From a virus: 64,000 bases of DNA. A program made the translations under genes and the position numbers. Positions 13,501 to 27,563 of the stretch are shown one piece after another. The DNA is taken from IMG/VR virus record IMGVR_UViG_3300045988_113959, positions 31,643-95,642 of that record; one strand, given 5' to 3'. Positions within the stretch are counted from its first letter, which is position 1. Each line of letters starts with the position of its first letter. The notes under the pieces were generated by a model, which was not told the origin of the DNA, did not search any database, and saw nothing but the letters and a program-made list of their open reading frames with translations.

Positions 13501-16500
13501 AGTATGTTTCGCAAAATCATGCAAGTGGTAGGCTTGGAAAAGCTGCATTTGATGAAGATATAGCAAGTGTGTTTGGAAATGCTTCTTTAAAAAATTCAGC
13601 TATAGAATACGCATTTAGACAAGCTCATAAAGAGCAATTTAATAACTTGTCTAAAAATTTCAACGATGCTATAAAAAATAAGTTTATAGTTAAAGCTTTA
13701 CGTTCTAAACTTAATGCCGAAGTAATATATTCTTCTTTAATTGATAGATTTAAAAACGATAAAGATTTTTCTGAAGAGATAAGAAGCATTGCTGAGGATT
13801 ATGCTTTTAACAACAACGTATCTAAAGCTGAATTTATTAAAGAAAGAATAGCCGTATTAAATTCTCGTAGACAACTTAATAATATAAGAAAGATATTATC
13901 ATTATCTGAATCAAGGTTGGAATTTCTTAATTTATATCAAATAGAGACTGGTCTTGATATAGATACAAGTAAGCTTGGAACTCTTATATCAGAACTTAAG
14001 AGAATGGAGAAAGGTCTTGTTGATGAACAAAATAGAGTTCTTGGGAATAAGAAAGGTAAAATAAACTATACATATGATGATTTGTTTGAAGACGACATTG
14101 AGGAGTATGAAATAGATAATGATAATTCTTATGACTAGGCTGTTACAAGATACTTTATAAATAAAGCTTCTTTGAAATCTCAAAAGATATTAGCTCAAAT
14201 GTATTCTCTTGCTGGTAATAAAGATATATCTATAAATCCAATATCTCTTAATGAAGCTATAAATGGTACAAATAGAACTGACGTGTTTAATGAAGAACTC
14301 ACCCAGTTTGAGAAGATGAATGCTAGGCTTAATTCTAGGAATGAATTAGAATCTGAACATGTTGATGTGTAGGTTACTCGTAAAGATATGAGCGAAGTTT
14401 CTAAAAAAGCTCAATTAAAACAGCTTCTTAAAGACCTTGAAGACCAAGAACATAGATATAGAATAGCTAATAGGTTATGGAAAAATGCACCAGTTACAGA
14501 AGTAGATTTAAATGATGCTACAGACGGTGATGAAGAAGCTTAGGATAAAGTTGATTCAGCAGTGGATAAAATCATCAATGCTGCAGATAGCGAAAAATCT
14601 AATACTACTGAAGGTGAAGTGCCTGCAAGTAGTGAGCTTATAACTCCTGATACGTTACACCAAGAAGACGAGCTTGCTGAAAGATATATGAATAGAAATA
14701 AAACTCGTGATGATAGAAAGCGTAAACAAAAAGAAAAAGCTCTGAATGGTAAAAAGGATACAGATGATGTTGAAGATAATAATTCTAAAGAAGAACTTAA
14801 AGAAAGCCCAAAAGACCCATTAAGCTCTCTTATTAATGGAATGATGGCTGATGATTCTGATGTTAACGAAGAGGGTGATGGTGGTGAAACCGTTCCAAGT
14901 AAAGATACACCAGCTAAAAAATAGCCAGAAAACAAACCAGCCAAATCTACAAGTACTCGAGATGAAGATGATATTGATAGTATTATAGATAATGGTGATA
15001 AAACAGATTCTGAACTTGATTCTAAAACTGAAAAACAGAAAGATGATTATTTAGAAGAAGAATTTCCAGATGATGCTGATTATGAAGAACCTGAAGAATA
15101 TATTGAAGATGATTCTGAAACTCAAGAAGCTGCTGTTGAATTAGAGTTAGAAGACGATGATGTTCAATAGACTGCGTCTGAAGTTGAAGCTGAGGTATTA
15201 AACGATGAAATTGATATTCAAGAAGCTGCGGCAGAAGCCGAGGCTGAATCTTTTGAATATATAGAAGATGCTAGTGATATTGATACAGAAGATTATAGTA
15301 CAACCGGAAGGGTAAAATACAAAGATAAAGTTCTATCTAAGAAGCAGTCTAAACAATTAATGGACGAGCTTATAATATTAGGTAGGGCTGAGATTGATGG
15401 ATTTGACCAAAAAGAACTTCCAGATGGAACTGTGCAAGATGTTGAGATGTATAGAATGAATGTTACAGATGATACTATAGGTAGTTTTATAAGCAATACA
15501 TTCTTCTATCAACCAAATCCAGACTTATTTGAAGAAACTGGAGAATATGAATTAATGAAGCTTACTGTTAATGGTGAGCAAGTTAAGCTAAATAAACCTT
15601 TAGCATCTGGCAAGCAATTGTCTGAAAAGCTTTCTCAAGAAGGTTGGTTACAGTCTACAAAAAAATACTATATAGTAACTCAATCTCAACAGTCCGAGAA
15701 GAATACTATAGGCGACGTTAGAGACTCAATGACCGTATGTCTTATACTTGAAGATGACAATAATACATACGCTACTACTCTTAGAGCTCTTGGATTAATG
15801 GTTAGTGATATACCTGGAGACCCAAATGGTAAATATACAGTATCTCAATAGAAGAATTTAATTGACAGATTAATAACAAAAGGTGTTGATTTTTCTAAGA
15901 TATTAAAGCCAGGGCAAAGATTACCAAATAGTTATAGCAGAAGGGCTAAGTTAGCCATAGATGCTATAAACGCAATGGAAATGAAGCTTGCTAAATCTTG
16001 GTGGATTAGTCAGGGTAGAAAAGAAAGTGATTTTGAAAACTGGTGGTTACATAAACCATTAAAGAAAGATTATCACAAATCTGAATATGAGAATGAATAC
16101 AAGCAAGATTTAACAACTTGGAGGAATGTACATACTCAATTTAAAATACTTGCAAGAAAACATTATCAAAAACCTGGTAAGAAAATGCTTACCGAAGAAG
16201 CTATAAAAGACCAAATAAATGGTCTTAGAGAGCTTAGAAATAGTATAATTGATAAGTATTTAGAAAAAAGAATTATCAAACAAAATGGTAAAGAAGTTGT
16301 TGAATATATATTCCCAGAACATGTTAGAGATGATGTAACTCCATCTTATGTTCAACAAAGTAATGGTGTTATAGATAATGTTAAAGAGAAGAGAGTTGTT
16401 GGTAATAATGGTTCAGCTACAATAGATTAGATACAAACTCAAATAAACGACGGAAGTATTCTTCTTGGATATGGTAAAGGTGCATTAGCAGAGACTTCTG

Positions 16501-19500
16501 AACAATTTGCAATATATGGTTTATTATCAAAAGATTCTGGAAAGATTTATGATGGTAAAGGGTTGTCTGGTAAGCTATATTGGCTTGTTAAAGGATTATC
16601 TGGAACAGATGCACTTGTACCAATAATGCTACATGAGGAAAGATTCGATACTCAGGATTTTATAGATAAGGAAGGACATAGAAAAACTAAGTTCATAGGT
16701 TCTAAAGATGATGTTAAACTCACTCTATCATATGACGCTATACAAGGAAAACTCATAAATACAAGTAATGGTAAAATTATTCCATCTACTGCTGAGATTT
16801 TGATGTATATGCTATGCGGAAGATTTAATTTTGGAACTAATAATAGGACTGAAATTGATAATATTGTAGAGTTCTTTATACATAGCGGTGAGAAAACACT
16901 ATTGAGAAATCAACCAAAAACTGGCGGAGACCCTATGAACTTCTTAGCAAGAAAGCAATTATTCTTTGGAGATGTTGATAATAGTGGTATAAATAAGTTA
17001 CATATAGGTATAGGCGACCCTCTCAACGGTTATCAAGAAAAGATATATACCGAAGATGAAATATTTGAAGATTCAGAACAAGGAGAAGCTAATAGAAGAG
17101 AAATAGTTCATGCTATAGCGACTCAAATGCACTGGAATACTGATATAGATTTTATAAACTCATCTATAAAAGTTGGAGATTCTACATCATTAATTGGTAG
17201 ATTTATACAAAATATGATTAGTGAGTATTTCTCCGGTAAAGGTTTAACTCCAGAACAGCAGCTTGAAAAAACTATAGATATTCTTGATAATAAACAACTA
17301 TCATTTAAGGTTAGTGATTTCTTTGAACTTAAGAATGGTAAATTTGCACCAAAGTCAAACGTTAGTGTGTTAGCTTGGCTTCTTTCTAATAAAAAAGTAA
17401 GTACAGATGTATCTAAAAAGATATTTAAAGACCCATTCGTATTTGCTGGTGGTGTTAATTCAGAAGCTCCAGCTCCGTCTAATGGAAAACCGCAATCAAC
17501 TTCAAAAGTTGAACTTGTTGGTAGTAATAATGATGTTGTTAGTACTGGTTTTAGTGTAATAAATCCCGATTTATTCAATAAGGCTAATGAAGCTGCTGGT
17601 AGTAAAGTAGAAGATGGTAGTAAAGTGGTAGAGCTTCGTAAAAACATGGGATTCAAATCTCCTAAAACACAAGAAGAAAGAGAAGCTTACAGAAAACAAC
17701 TTGAAGAGGCTCATATAAGTGCTAATAAGAATGGAGGTTTGCAAGATGCTATATATGTAACAGACCCATATTTAAATACAGACTTTAATAAGTTTAATGT
17801 AGGTAATATGGATAAGCTTATAGACCATCTAAACTCTCTTGTAAAAGACTTCTTGGATAAGTATAATAAAGAATACGGAACTTCATATAAAATTGAAGAC
17901 ATTGGCGGTATAACAAAAAACACAGCTCTTACAACTATAAATAATATTAGAAATAACAACGGTTACCTTAGATTGGATTTGTTTAAAAACGGTAAGGGTA
18001 AACTTCAGTTTACAACAAGTACAATGAAAACTTGGAGCCAACCAGTAACTGGTGTATATTCTAAACATAAATCAAATGGTAAGTTTGATAAAGATAAGGC
18101 TGTTAAGTGGCTTGAAAAACATCTAGGTATAAACAGATATAATATTATAGTTAGAAACGGCGTAATGAGAAGTACCGATAACGAATAGGTATTTGGTGTT
18201 ACGCAGGTGTCTTTAGATAGAATAGCTGGCGAGCTTACAGGTCTTATACAACTTTCAACAAATGGTGGTGAAGGTGTTACATATCACGAGGCTTGGCACT
18301 ATGTAAACTTGTTGCTTAATGATGCTAACACACGTTCTAAAATATGGGATTCATACGTTAAGACTCATAAAGAACTTAATAGAGATGGCGTAACAAATCT
18401 TATGATAGAAGAAGCTCTTGCCGATGAGTTTATGAACTATATAGTTATGCAGCAAGATAATTCTCTACCAGGAATGGTTAAGAAGTTGTTTAATAACATA
18501 CTTGACTTTGTTGTAACATCTCGTAGAAAGTCTGCGTATAGAGCTTTATTTAGATCTATAAAAAGAGGTGAGTTTGGTAATACCGAACACCTTGATAAAC
18601 AATCAGCTAAAGAGTTTGCTGAAAAGTATAAATATGGTGTAAACAAAATAGATTATTCAGTTCCTGGATTTTCTAATAAGGATTTAAATAATCTTAAGTA
18701 TATAGATAATCATACAGATTTATTTGCTGTATTAGACGCCGTTGTTAGAAAAGTTATATCTGACTTTAATATAGACTCTATAGATAAGATTAAATAGATT
18801 TCTGGTGCGTACGATAAGAATCAACAGCTTGATTTTAGTATGCTTCTTGACAAGGTTCAAGATATGGCTGACGAAGCTGATTCAGAACAAATGTCATCAA
18901 TGCTTCAAGATATACATGATAACCCAGAATTTTTAAAGCGTAAGCTTGTAGAAACTTTTGCTGATTTTGGAATAAATGTTAAGATTAGAAGAGAAGAGGA
19001 TGTTGATGAAGCTGAAGATGCAGAAGAAAGAAATGATTTTGAGTTTGATAAGTTTGATTTATCTATAAGTAAAAAAGACAATGCGGCTTTAAGAGTTAAG
19101 ATGTTTATGTATTCAATACCTAAATACACAAGAGTTTTTAATGAAGATGGTTCAGTAGATATACAGATGGTACAAGATGGCTTTGGCTCGTCTTTATTCT
19201 GGGATTTCAACGAAGCTTGGACAAAGATTCTTAAAGATTTATGGCAAGCCTCATCTCTTGACGATGTATATACTGAAGACGTTGTTAAAGATGGAGTTGT
19301 TAAATATAATAAGGGTGAATATAAATACAATTCTATATACGGAATGGTTTCTCGTAGAGCAGAATCGGATGTGTTTTATTACGCACTCAAAGAAAAACTT
19401 AACCAATTACTTGCTAATAAAAATCCAGATGTTTAGCTTAGAAGCCAATTGTTTGCTACCATAAATTCAAGCAAACCAAATGTATCTTATATAAAAATAT

Positions 19501-22500
19501 CAGACCCAAAAGATTGGAATAATAACGATGACGAATTTATTGATGATACAGATATAGATTCAAGTTTATATCAATTCTCATTAATATCTGATAAACTTAG
19601 AGAGTGGAGAATAAATGATGATTCACTTGTATCAACTGAAAGAAATATTGCAAGACAGTGGTCTAAGAATCTATTTACAAACGGTTTGACAAAGATTGAT
19701 GGTAATAATGGTATAGTTGTTAGCGATTCTTTTGTTAGTAGCAGGCAAAGAGAACTTGATAAAGTTATAAGAAAACTATCTAAACTTCTTGTTAAAAAGA
19801 ATAAAAGATATATATCAGGCGAATCAACGGTACTATCTAAACTTAATAATACTGGTGAAGAATCTGCAATAAAGAATGATATTGTTAAATTCTTAAACTC
19901 TATAGGCATAGATGCTGATAGACAGTCTATAGATATTTATATATCTATGAACTCCGATAATGAGAATGTATCTGGATACGAACAAGCCAAAATACTTCAT
20001 AGACTTCTTAGTAGCACAGATAAAGCTAAAGGAGGTATAAGTGGTATTATAAATGAAACATTATCATCTTCTGTGGGTGAAAATATAATTCAAGCTGATA
20101 GTGTTAATGGTTTTGAAAAACAGTTAGATCAAGTATATAACAACTATAACAAAGATTCATTTATAGCACAACTTGCTGTATCTTGGGACGCTGTACATCC
20201 AGACCCATCAGACTTCTCTGTAAAAGGACCAAGTGGAGAAATGTATTATCCTATAGGATAGAATAACTATATATCAAGTAGGGTTAGAAATCTAAACGAT
20301 GCACAGTCTGAAACTTCTAAAAATCTTAGAAGAGACCCTTATTCAAGACACTCTTTATTGCTTGATGCTGCTGACAATGTTAACGAAGATGATTCTAAAA
20401 CACAGCTTAGGATAAATGCATTTGTCGGTCTTAAAGATGGTGATAGATTAAAAGGTAGTGATTATTTTGGAATAACAGCTATGGAAGATTATCTTTCAAA
20501 GATGTACATGACAGAGAACGACCATCTTATATTACCAACTATGGCTGATAAGAAAACTTGGTACTCTATAACATCACCAAATCTAAAATTAAGACATGAT
20601 GTTGTAATATCAGAAATACCAAATAAACTTATTAGAAGTGCTGCTGTTGATGTTTATACTGAGAATTTTAAAACTATAAAGAAATTTAAGAGTGATAATA
20701 GTATTGTCGAAGTACCAATTAATGAGTTAGATGATTACGAATTAAAGTCTTATGTAATGGATTGGTATAGAAGTCTCCCATCTAATAGTTATAATAGAGA
20801 AGATATTGAAAGCAGAGCTATTAACCAAATGTATAATGGTTCTAATTTTAATGGCTTTAGTGTAGATATAAATGGAAATATTATTCCTAAATATTCTAAT
20901 GATACATTAAATATACTTGCTGGTTATTTTATAGATGAACTAGATGCTCTTATACAGTACTATTCTGAAGATAATATAAAATATCTTACTGAAAATCCAA
21001 ATAAACTTCAAGAAAATTTCCATGGTGTTATAAAGGATGGTAGAATGGACTTTTCTGGTAATGGTGGTAAATTTAGGTATTTTTACGATATAGTGCCAGA
21101 ATATATAAATGGGTACAATGTAGAACATAATCTAAACCTAAACCAAATTCTACAGGCAATATTTGAAGCTCAGAAAAAGCTTGAAACACCTGGATTTAAG
21201 GTTACAGAAGATGACAATTCAGTTATGAATGGTTATAATGTATCACAATTAAGAGCTTTGCGTTCAGATAAGTCTGAATTAGATGGATTTGAACTTGTTA
21301 GAGATTATTTAAAAAAGTTGAGAGAATATGCTGTAGAAGAGGAGAATCTTGGCATTAATAAATATTCAAAGGATATTTTAAATAGTGTAAACAACTTTAT
21401 ATATAGAGGTGTTACTAATGAGCTTGAGCTGTTATCTGAGAACGGACCATTGCAAATGGTAAAGAAAGATAAAAATGGCAGATTTGTACCTACAAATATA
21501 CCGCAACAATTCTTTAATCCTTATGTTGAAGCTTTATCTAAGACTAAATTATTCTCAGGCAACGATTTATACGATAACTATTATATTCAAAATAGTGCAC
21601 TCGTATCTCTTATAAGTAATCATTTTGTAAATAGTATAATTTCAACTGTAGAATTTGAAAAAGTATTCTCTGGAGACCCTGCTCAATATAAGAATAAAGG
21701 TAACAAGAAAGCTCCTTTTGTTAGTACAACATTATCTATTTCTAATGAAAATAATAACATTAGCATCGATGTTGACGTTGACAACCTAGATGATATGCAC
21801 TCTGATAAAATCAAACGTCTTGGAAGTACATTATCTCCAGGAGAAGAGATTAGAACTCAGTATAATAAAGATGAAATAGAAAAGCTAAACATACCAAGTC
21901 ATTCTAAATACACAACACTTGATGTTGAAGATATTAAAACACCATCATTATTCTACGACGAAGTAAAACAAAAATTCTTAACTTAGCTTGTTGTAGATTA
22001 TGTTAGAACTGGTGTTATAAAAGAACAATTTGATAACTTTATATCACATATAGCTGGCATTCTTTATAAGAAAGCTAAAGATAGGTCTAATGGCGAAAAC
22101 ATAAAGCCAAAAAGAGTTTCTAAATCACAGGCTATAGATTTATTATATTCTGACAAAACTTACTTTGATATTTTATATAATAGTATTCCTAAAGATATAA
22201 AAGAAAGGATAGAATCTCAACTTGACCAATAGATGGACCCATATAAGAAAATAAATGTATGTGATGCTCAGGTTATAATAAGACCAGATTTGTATAGAAG
22301 AGTTAGAATTGGTCTCGGACAGTGGTCTGTAGTTCCAGATGAAACTGGATATTCTGATGAAGATGCGTTTAATATAATCGAAAACGGATATTATATAAAC
22401 GAAGATGGTGAACGTGTAAACATTGGAGAGCAAGATTGGGCTAAAGATAAAAATCTCGCATCAAAGATTCAAAAGTTACAGCTATTCCCATTAAAGATGT

Positions 22501-25500
22501 CTTATTTTGATAATTATTCTCACAAGGAGGGTGATAATTTTAGAAATAGAACATTACTTAATAAGATGGCTATATTTCCATTGTTTAAATTTAACATGTC
22601 TACAAACACGGGTTCTAAACTATATCTAAGAATGAATAGATATGGTGATTGGATAGATATGATTACTTTTAAATCAGCTGTTAAGGTTGGTGCTGTTCAA
22701 AAAGGATTACAGTTAATATCTAATGATTCTAATGTTGAAGATGGCGTTTCTAAACTATCTTCTTTAGTTGATAGAGATAGTGATACTGCTATAGATTATA
22801 AGACCGGAATTGTTATTAATAAAGGTTCTGAAAATTCACTTTCTGTAAAAGTTCAAAGTTTAGATAATCTTAGAATGCAGTTAAATACAAAAGCTCACGA
22901 AACAGACGAACGTATGATTGGTAAGCAGATGTTTAAGCTGGCATTCTCAAACTTAGTTGATGATGAGAAGTATGGTCATGGTGATAAAAGAAGAACTGGA
23001 AAGTCTATTAGAAAGGATATTATGACCACAATTAATCTACTTACATAGTTTGGTGTAATATCTGTAAAAGATGAGTTTTTTAACGAAGATGGAGATGTTG
23101 ATAATTCTTCTGTATCAAGTTTTGTTTAGAGAGTTTGTAGTAGCAATGGTTTAGGCGCATCTGCTTTACAAATACTTAGTAAAGGTGGAACTATATCAAG
23201 CTTAATGTCAAGAAGAGTATTTGAGAATAGTGTATCTAAGTTTATAAATAAACTTGTTGTAGATATAAACTCAAAAGGTGGTACTGCTATTCAGCAATCT
23301 GTACTTGGATTCTCTGCATTTAAGAAAGGTGATAATTTACTTGGACTTGAACAAGCTAAAGGTAGAATACCAAAATCAATACAATTGAATAATGGAAACG
23401 AATTAAAGTGGAAGACTAATAAAAACTACACCCAAGTGATATTAAGCGAAAACTTCTTTAGGGATATAGTTCCAGCTAATATTCAACAAATGGGATATGA
23501 AGCTATAAGAGCTTGGTTGTTTGAAAAGAATATAATTGGAGAAAATGCAAATCCACTTGGTGTTGGCTATCGTATTCCTACACAGGGTCAATCGTCAATG
23601 TTTGCGCCACAAGTTGTTGATATTCTTCCAAAACAGTCTGGAGATGTTATAATAGTACCAAGAGAGTTTACTGGTCAGACTGGTTCCGACTTCGACGTTG
23701 ATAAGATATTCTTAGCTCTTAAATACTTTAACAAATCAGGTTCTGAACACGATATAGATTATGATTTAATAGAGTCTATTTATAATGGCGAATCTAGTAA
23801 TATGTAGGTCGCTGTTAAAATTATATCTAAAATGTCTGGAAGAAGTGAAGAGGATGTCGCTAAAGCTATAGAAAGTCAAGACGATGAGTCTATTAATTCT
23901 ATTGTTGATGATTTAGATATAGAAAAAGCTGTAAAAAATCACCTTATAAATACTTATATAGACATTCTTACAGATGATAAAAACTTCTCACTTGCAAGAG
24001 GTTCTATTGACGTTGTAACAAATATATTGCAAGACTAGCTTGTTAAGAAGTATCTAAAAAATACATCTAATGGCTATTCTGTTGGAGGTTATCAACTTAG
24101 TCCGTATTTCCAAACTATGAGAAAACTTGAGTTTAGTTCTGGTAAGCAAGGTATTGGACCATTTGCTCTTAATGTTACAAACTTATCTCTTACACAGTAC
24201 ACTAGATTAACATTTGACTATGGTGAAAATCCATATGAGTTTGGAAGTCTTGATGCTATATATGGAGAAGATGGAATGCGTATTGCTGACTGGCTATCTG
24301 CAATGGTTAATGCTAATGTGGACGTTGCTAAAGACCCATATGTGTTTGCTTTAAATGTAAACCAAGCTACATATAGTCATACTAACTTCTTAATTAGAGC
24401 TGGAAAGGGTCTTGGTGTATTTACATTCCTAACACAACCATCTATAAAAGAGTTTGCTAATATAAAAAACAACTCTGGTAATGTATATGGTTTTAACTTA
24501 GAAGGTGATAAGAGTGAAGGTGATTATACTGGCAAGTATGAAAAGAGTATATATAATCAAATATACTACGGTATTATAAAACAACTTAAAGAGTGTTTAT
24601 TAGCTGTTGACGATAAGGATTCTCAAAAGTAGATTAGGAGTTTTATAAACTATGTAGATTCTTTAATTATAGACAAAAATCACAAAGATATCACACCAGA
24701 GGAAAGAAAGTCTATAAAAAGACCATTTTCTAAGAAGTAGATGTTTGATGTTGAACTTGGAAAGAAATCGTTAGAATTTAGTAATAGTAAACCAGGAGTT
24801 AACAAAGCTTCATCGCTTGCGTTCCAAGCTTGTGCACTAAACTCATTTAAAGATGTTGGTGTTTATGCTAAAAAATTATCAGATTTAGTTAAAGTATCTC
24901 AGATTGATACTAAGAAGTTTGGTAATTCTATAGCTCAGCAAATAAACTTTTCAAATCGTATAGATGTATTTAAAACAACAGATGGATTTACAATAAACAG
25001 AAAAGATTTTAAATCTTGGGTTTAGCAGCTCGCTAAAGAAAGAGAGGCTAAGACTGGGTAGAAAGTATCTTTAGGGAGATTTGAATCTACCGTAGCTATA
25101 AATGAATATTTTAAGAACACATTCTTAGGTAGTAAATTTAAAGAGTCTAAAAAGCTAACAAGATTATTACTTAAGAATCAATCGTTTACAGCAACAAGAC
25201 TATTTGATAATATATTCAGAAACATAATGGGTTAGACATTAGGCTTTAAAGATGCAGATGAAAATACTGTTAGTTACAAACCTACTTCAAAAGATGAGGT
25301 TGTAAACACAATATCTGATTCTATTGATAATGTCTTAAGGTTCTTATCGTTATTTGGCGTTGGTTCAAGAATTATTAAATCTGCATCATTTAAAGAAAGA
25401 AATCCAGACGCTATAGACTTTACAATGGGTGGTGATATAAATCTTGTTAAAGATAAAATTAAAACTATATTGTTTGGTAATAAAGAAGTTGATAATATCT

Positions 25501-27557
25501 TTTTAAGATTTAACAAACTTAAGAGTGATATGCAAGCTAATCCTTAGAATTACCCAGGTCTTATAGACCCAGTTACACTTGGTGTTCAGAATGAGCTTTT
25601 GAATTATCTAAATCCAATATCAGCTAATGAAAAATCACCTGTTGGTAGATTTGTGTTATCTACAAATCAAATGAAAGTTAATCAAAGTAAGAAATAGATT
25701 TTATCAAGCGCATTTAGTCAACTGTTATCATATCAAGATGAAAATGTTAGACAACTTGCTGAAGATTTAGCTTTCTATGCATATTATTCTTCTTATGACC
25801 AGAATAGAGTTGACGCATTCTTTGATTTAGTTCCTGTTGAATACAGAGCTCAATATGATAAAGCTCTTATGTTTGCTCTACACGATATGAATCGTAGTGA
25901 AAATAAACTTGTAAATACAAACAATGATTTATTAAGTTTATATAACTATGATGTTAATAATATTGAAGCTGATAGAGCAGAAAATATAATCGATATTATA
26001 TCAAGAAACTATTGGTACGATGATAATATAGTTAAAACTCACTATATAAAAGAAGATGAAAGTGTTTTTTTATTAGGAGGAGGTTATGATGTTCTTGGAG
26101 AGCCAGTAATTGTTCAAAATGAAGATAATAAGGTTTATCCTAACTTTATAGTTACTAGCAATTCTGATAGCTCTTATATTAAAATTAAGAGTGGAAAGAA
26201 TTATATGTTGTATAAAAATATAGGTTCTGTTATTAAATATAGAGATGGTAATATCGTTGGTATTCAATATGTTTACGCTGCTACAAACAAGGCTGGAATA
26301 AAACAAGGTCAAGCAAATATTCTTGAGATGTATGGGTCTTTTGGTGTTGGTTCCATATTTGAAAATAATAAACTTGATGAAGAGTTCTCTCATGATAAAG
26401 TTGTATCTGATGTAGAAAAGCTTGTAAAAGATAGTAATGAGGCTAATAGCGGTTATGGTTTTGAATTATCATGGTATAAGCCTGTAATAAAACAATCTAC
26501 ATCATAGTATAAAGATAACTTTATTCAGACTCAAATTGCTAATCCCGAACGTGTTATAAAAGTTGGTCCAGTTAAGTTAAAGGCTGGTCAAAAAGCTCCA
26601 GATAGAGTTGGTATAAACAAAGCTGATGTAGTTATAAATATAGTAAATGATTCTGTTAAAGAATCAGATTATTATAATACAATAAAGAGTGAAGATGCTA
26701 AATAGAAAACCGTTACTGTTAATATGAGTGAAAACCCGTCTAAGTTTATAAATAAGATTTTAACCTTAATAAATAAGGATAATGCTATTATACACTTTAC
26801 AACTCCAATATTTGATTATATATTAGAAAGAGGAGTTAGTGATGATAGAATCAGTAAATATATTGAGAGTGAAATTGAAAGACTTGAGAATGTTTTTGAT
26901 ACACAAGATGTGAAAGAAAAAGAAGTGCTTCTTAAACAAAATAGAGAGATGCTTGAAAGCTTTAAAGCTCGTAGAGTTTTAGCTTTGCAAGACCTACATT
27001 CTTTTATTAGAGAAATATTAAACCAACTGTCTATCAATGACGTTAATATAAATAGAATATCAACATCTTCTACTAAAAAAGGAAACTCTAAAAGATATGC
27101 TTTAGCAAAATCTGTAGCCGTATTGTCTAATTATATGCAATATACGTTCTCTGGTAAGAATATAATATACTGTAATAATAATCTTACATCTGATAATAAA
27201 GCATTTAGAAATTATATAAAAGAACTTCAGTATGAGGTTGACGATAGTGAAAATTTATTAGAAGATGCAGCTATAAATGAGTATATTGATATAAATCAAA
27301 CATTAGCTAAAGATGTAATGAACTATGACGACAAATCATCTAATATAGTAGAAAGGACATTAAAAGAAAATACTGGCGAAGATTCTAAAACTTAGACAGA
27401 AAGTAAAACAGATGATGACGCTAGCAATAATATATCTAGTTTTGATTCGCTAAGTATACTTTCTAATGCTATAGACTATAGCTCTGATGATTTCTTGGAC
27501 GAAGTTTAGGAAGATTTAGAGAATGATTTAGAAGATAATAATCACGAAAAATGTTAA
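10521..27557 (+). CDS. giant virion protein (5,678 codons) with a two-barrel RNA polymerase DxDxD motif and a zincin HExxH motif; about 33 in-frame TAG
   Basis: All 21 tracked ORFs from 10521 to 27395 start at coordinates divisible by 3. I read every gap between them and found only TAG, never TAA or TGA. Ends at TAA-TAA 27555-27560. Motifs are GYRIPTQGQSSM...GSDFDVDK (23565-23702) and HEAWH (18285-18299). Confidence 0.85.
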
Positions 27558-27563
27558 TAATAT

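Noticed and set aside
14540-19909. Minus-strand ORFs inside the plus arm (14540..14944, 17123..17656, 17711..17959, 18905..19330, 19571..19909 and similar)
   Set aside because: They are antisense to a continuous coding frame. Their translations are S/L/F-rich low complexity, typical of the reverse strand of AT-rich, GAA/GAT-rich genes.
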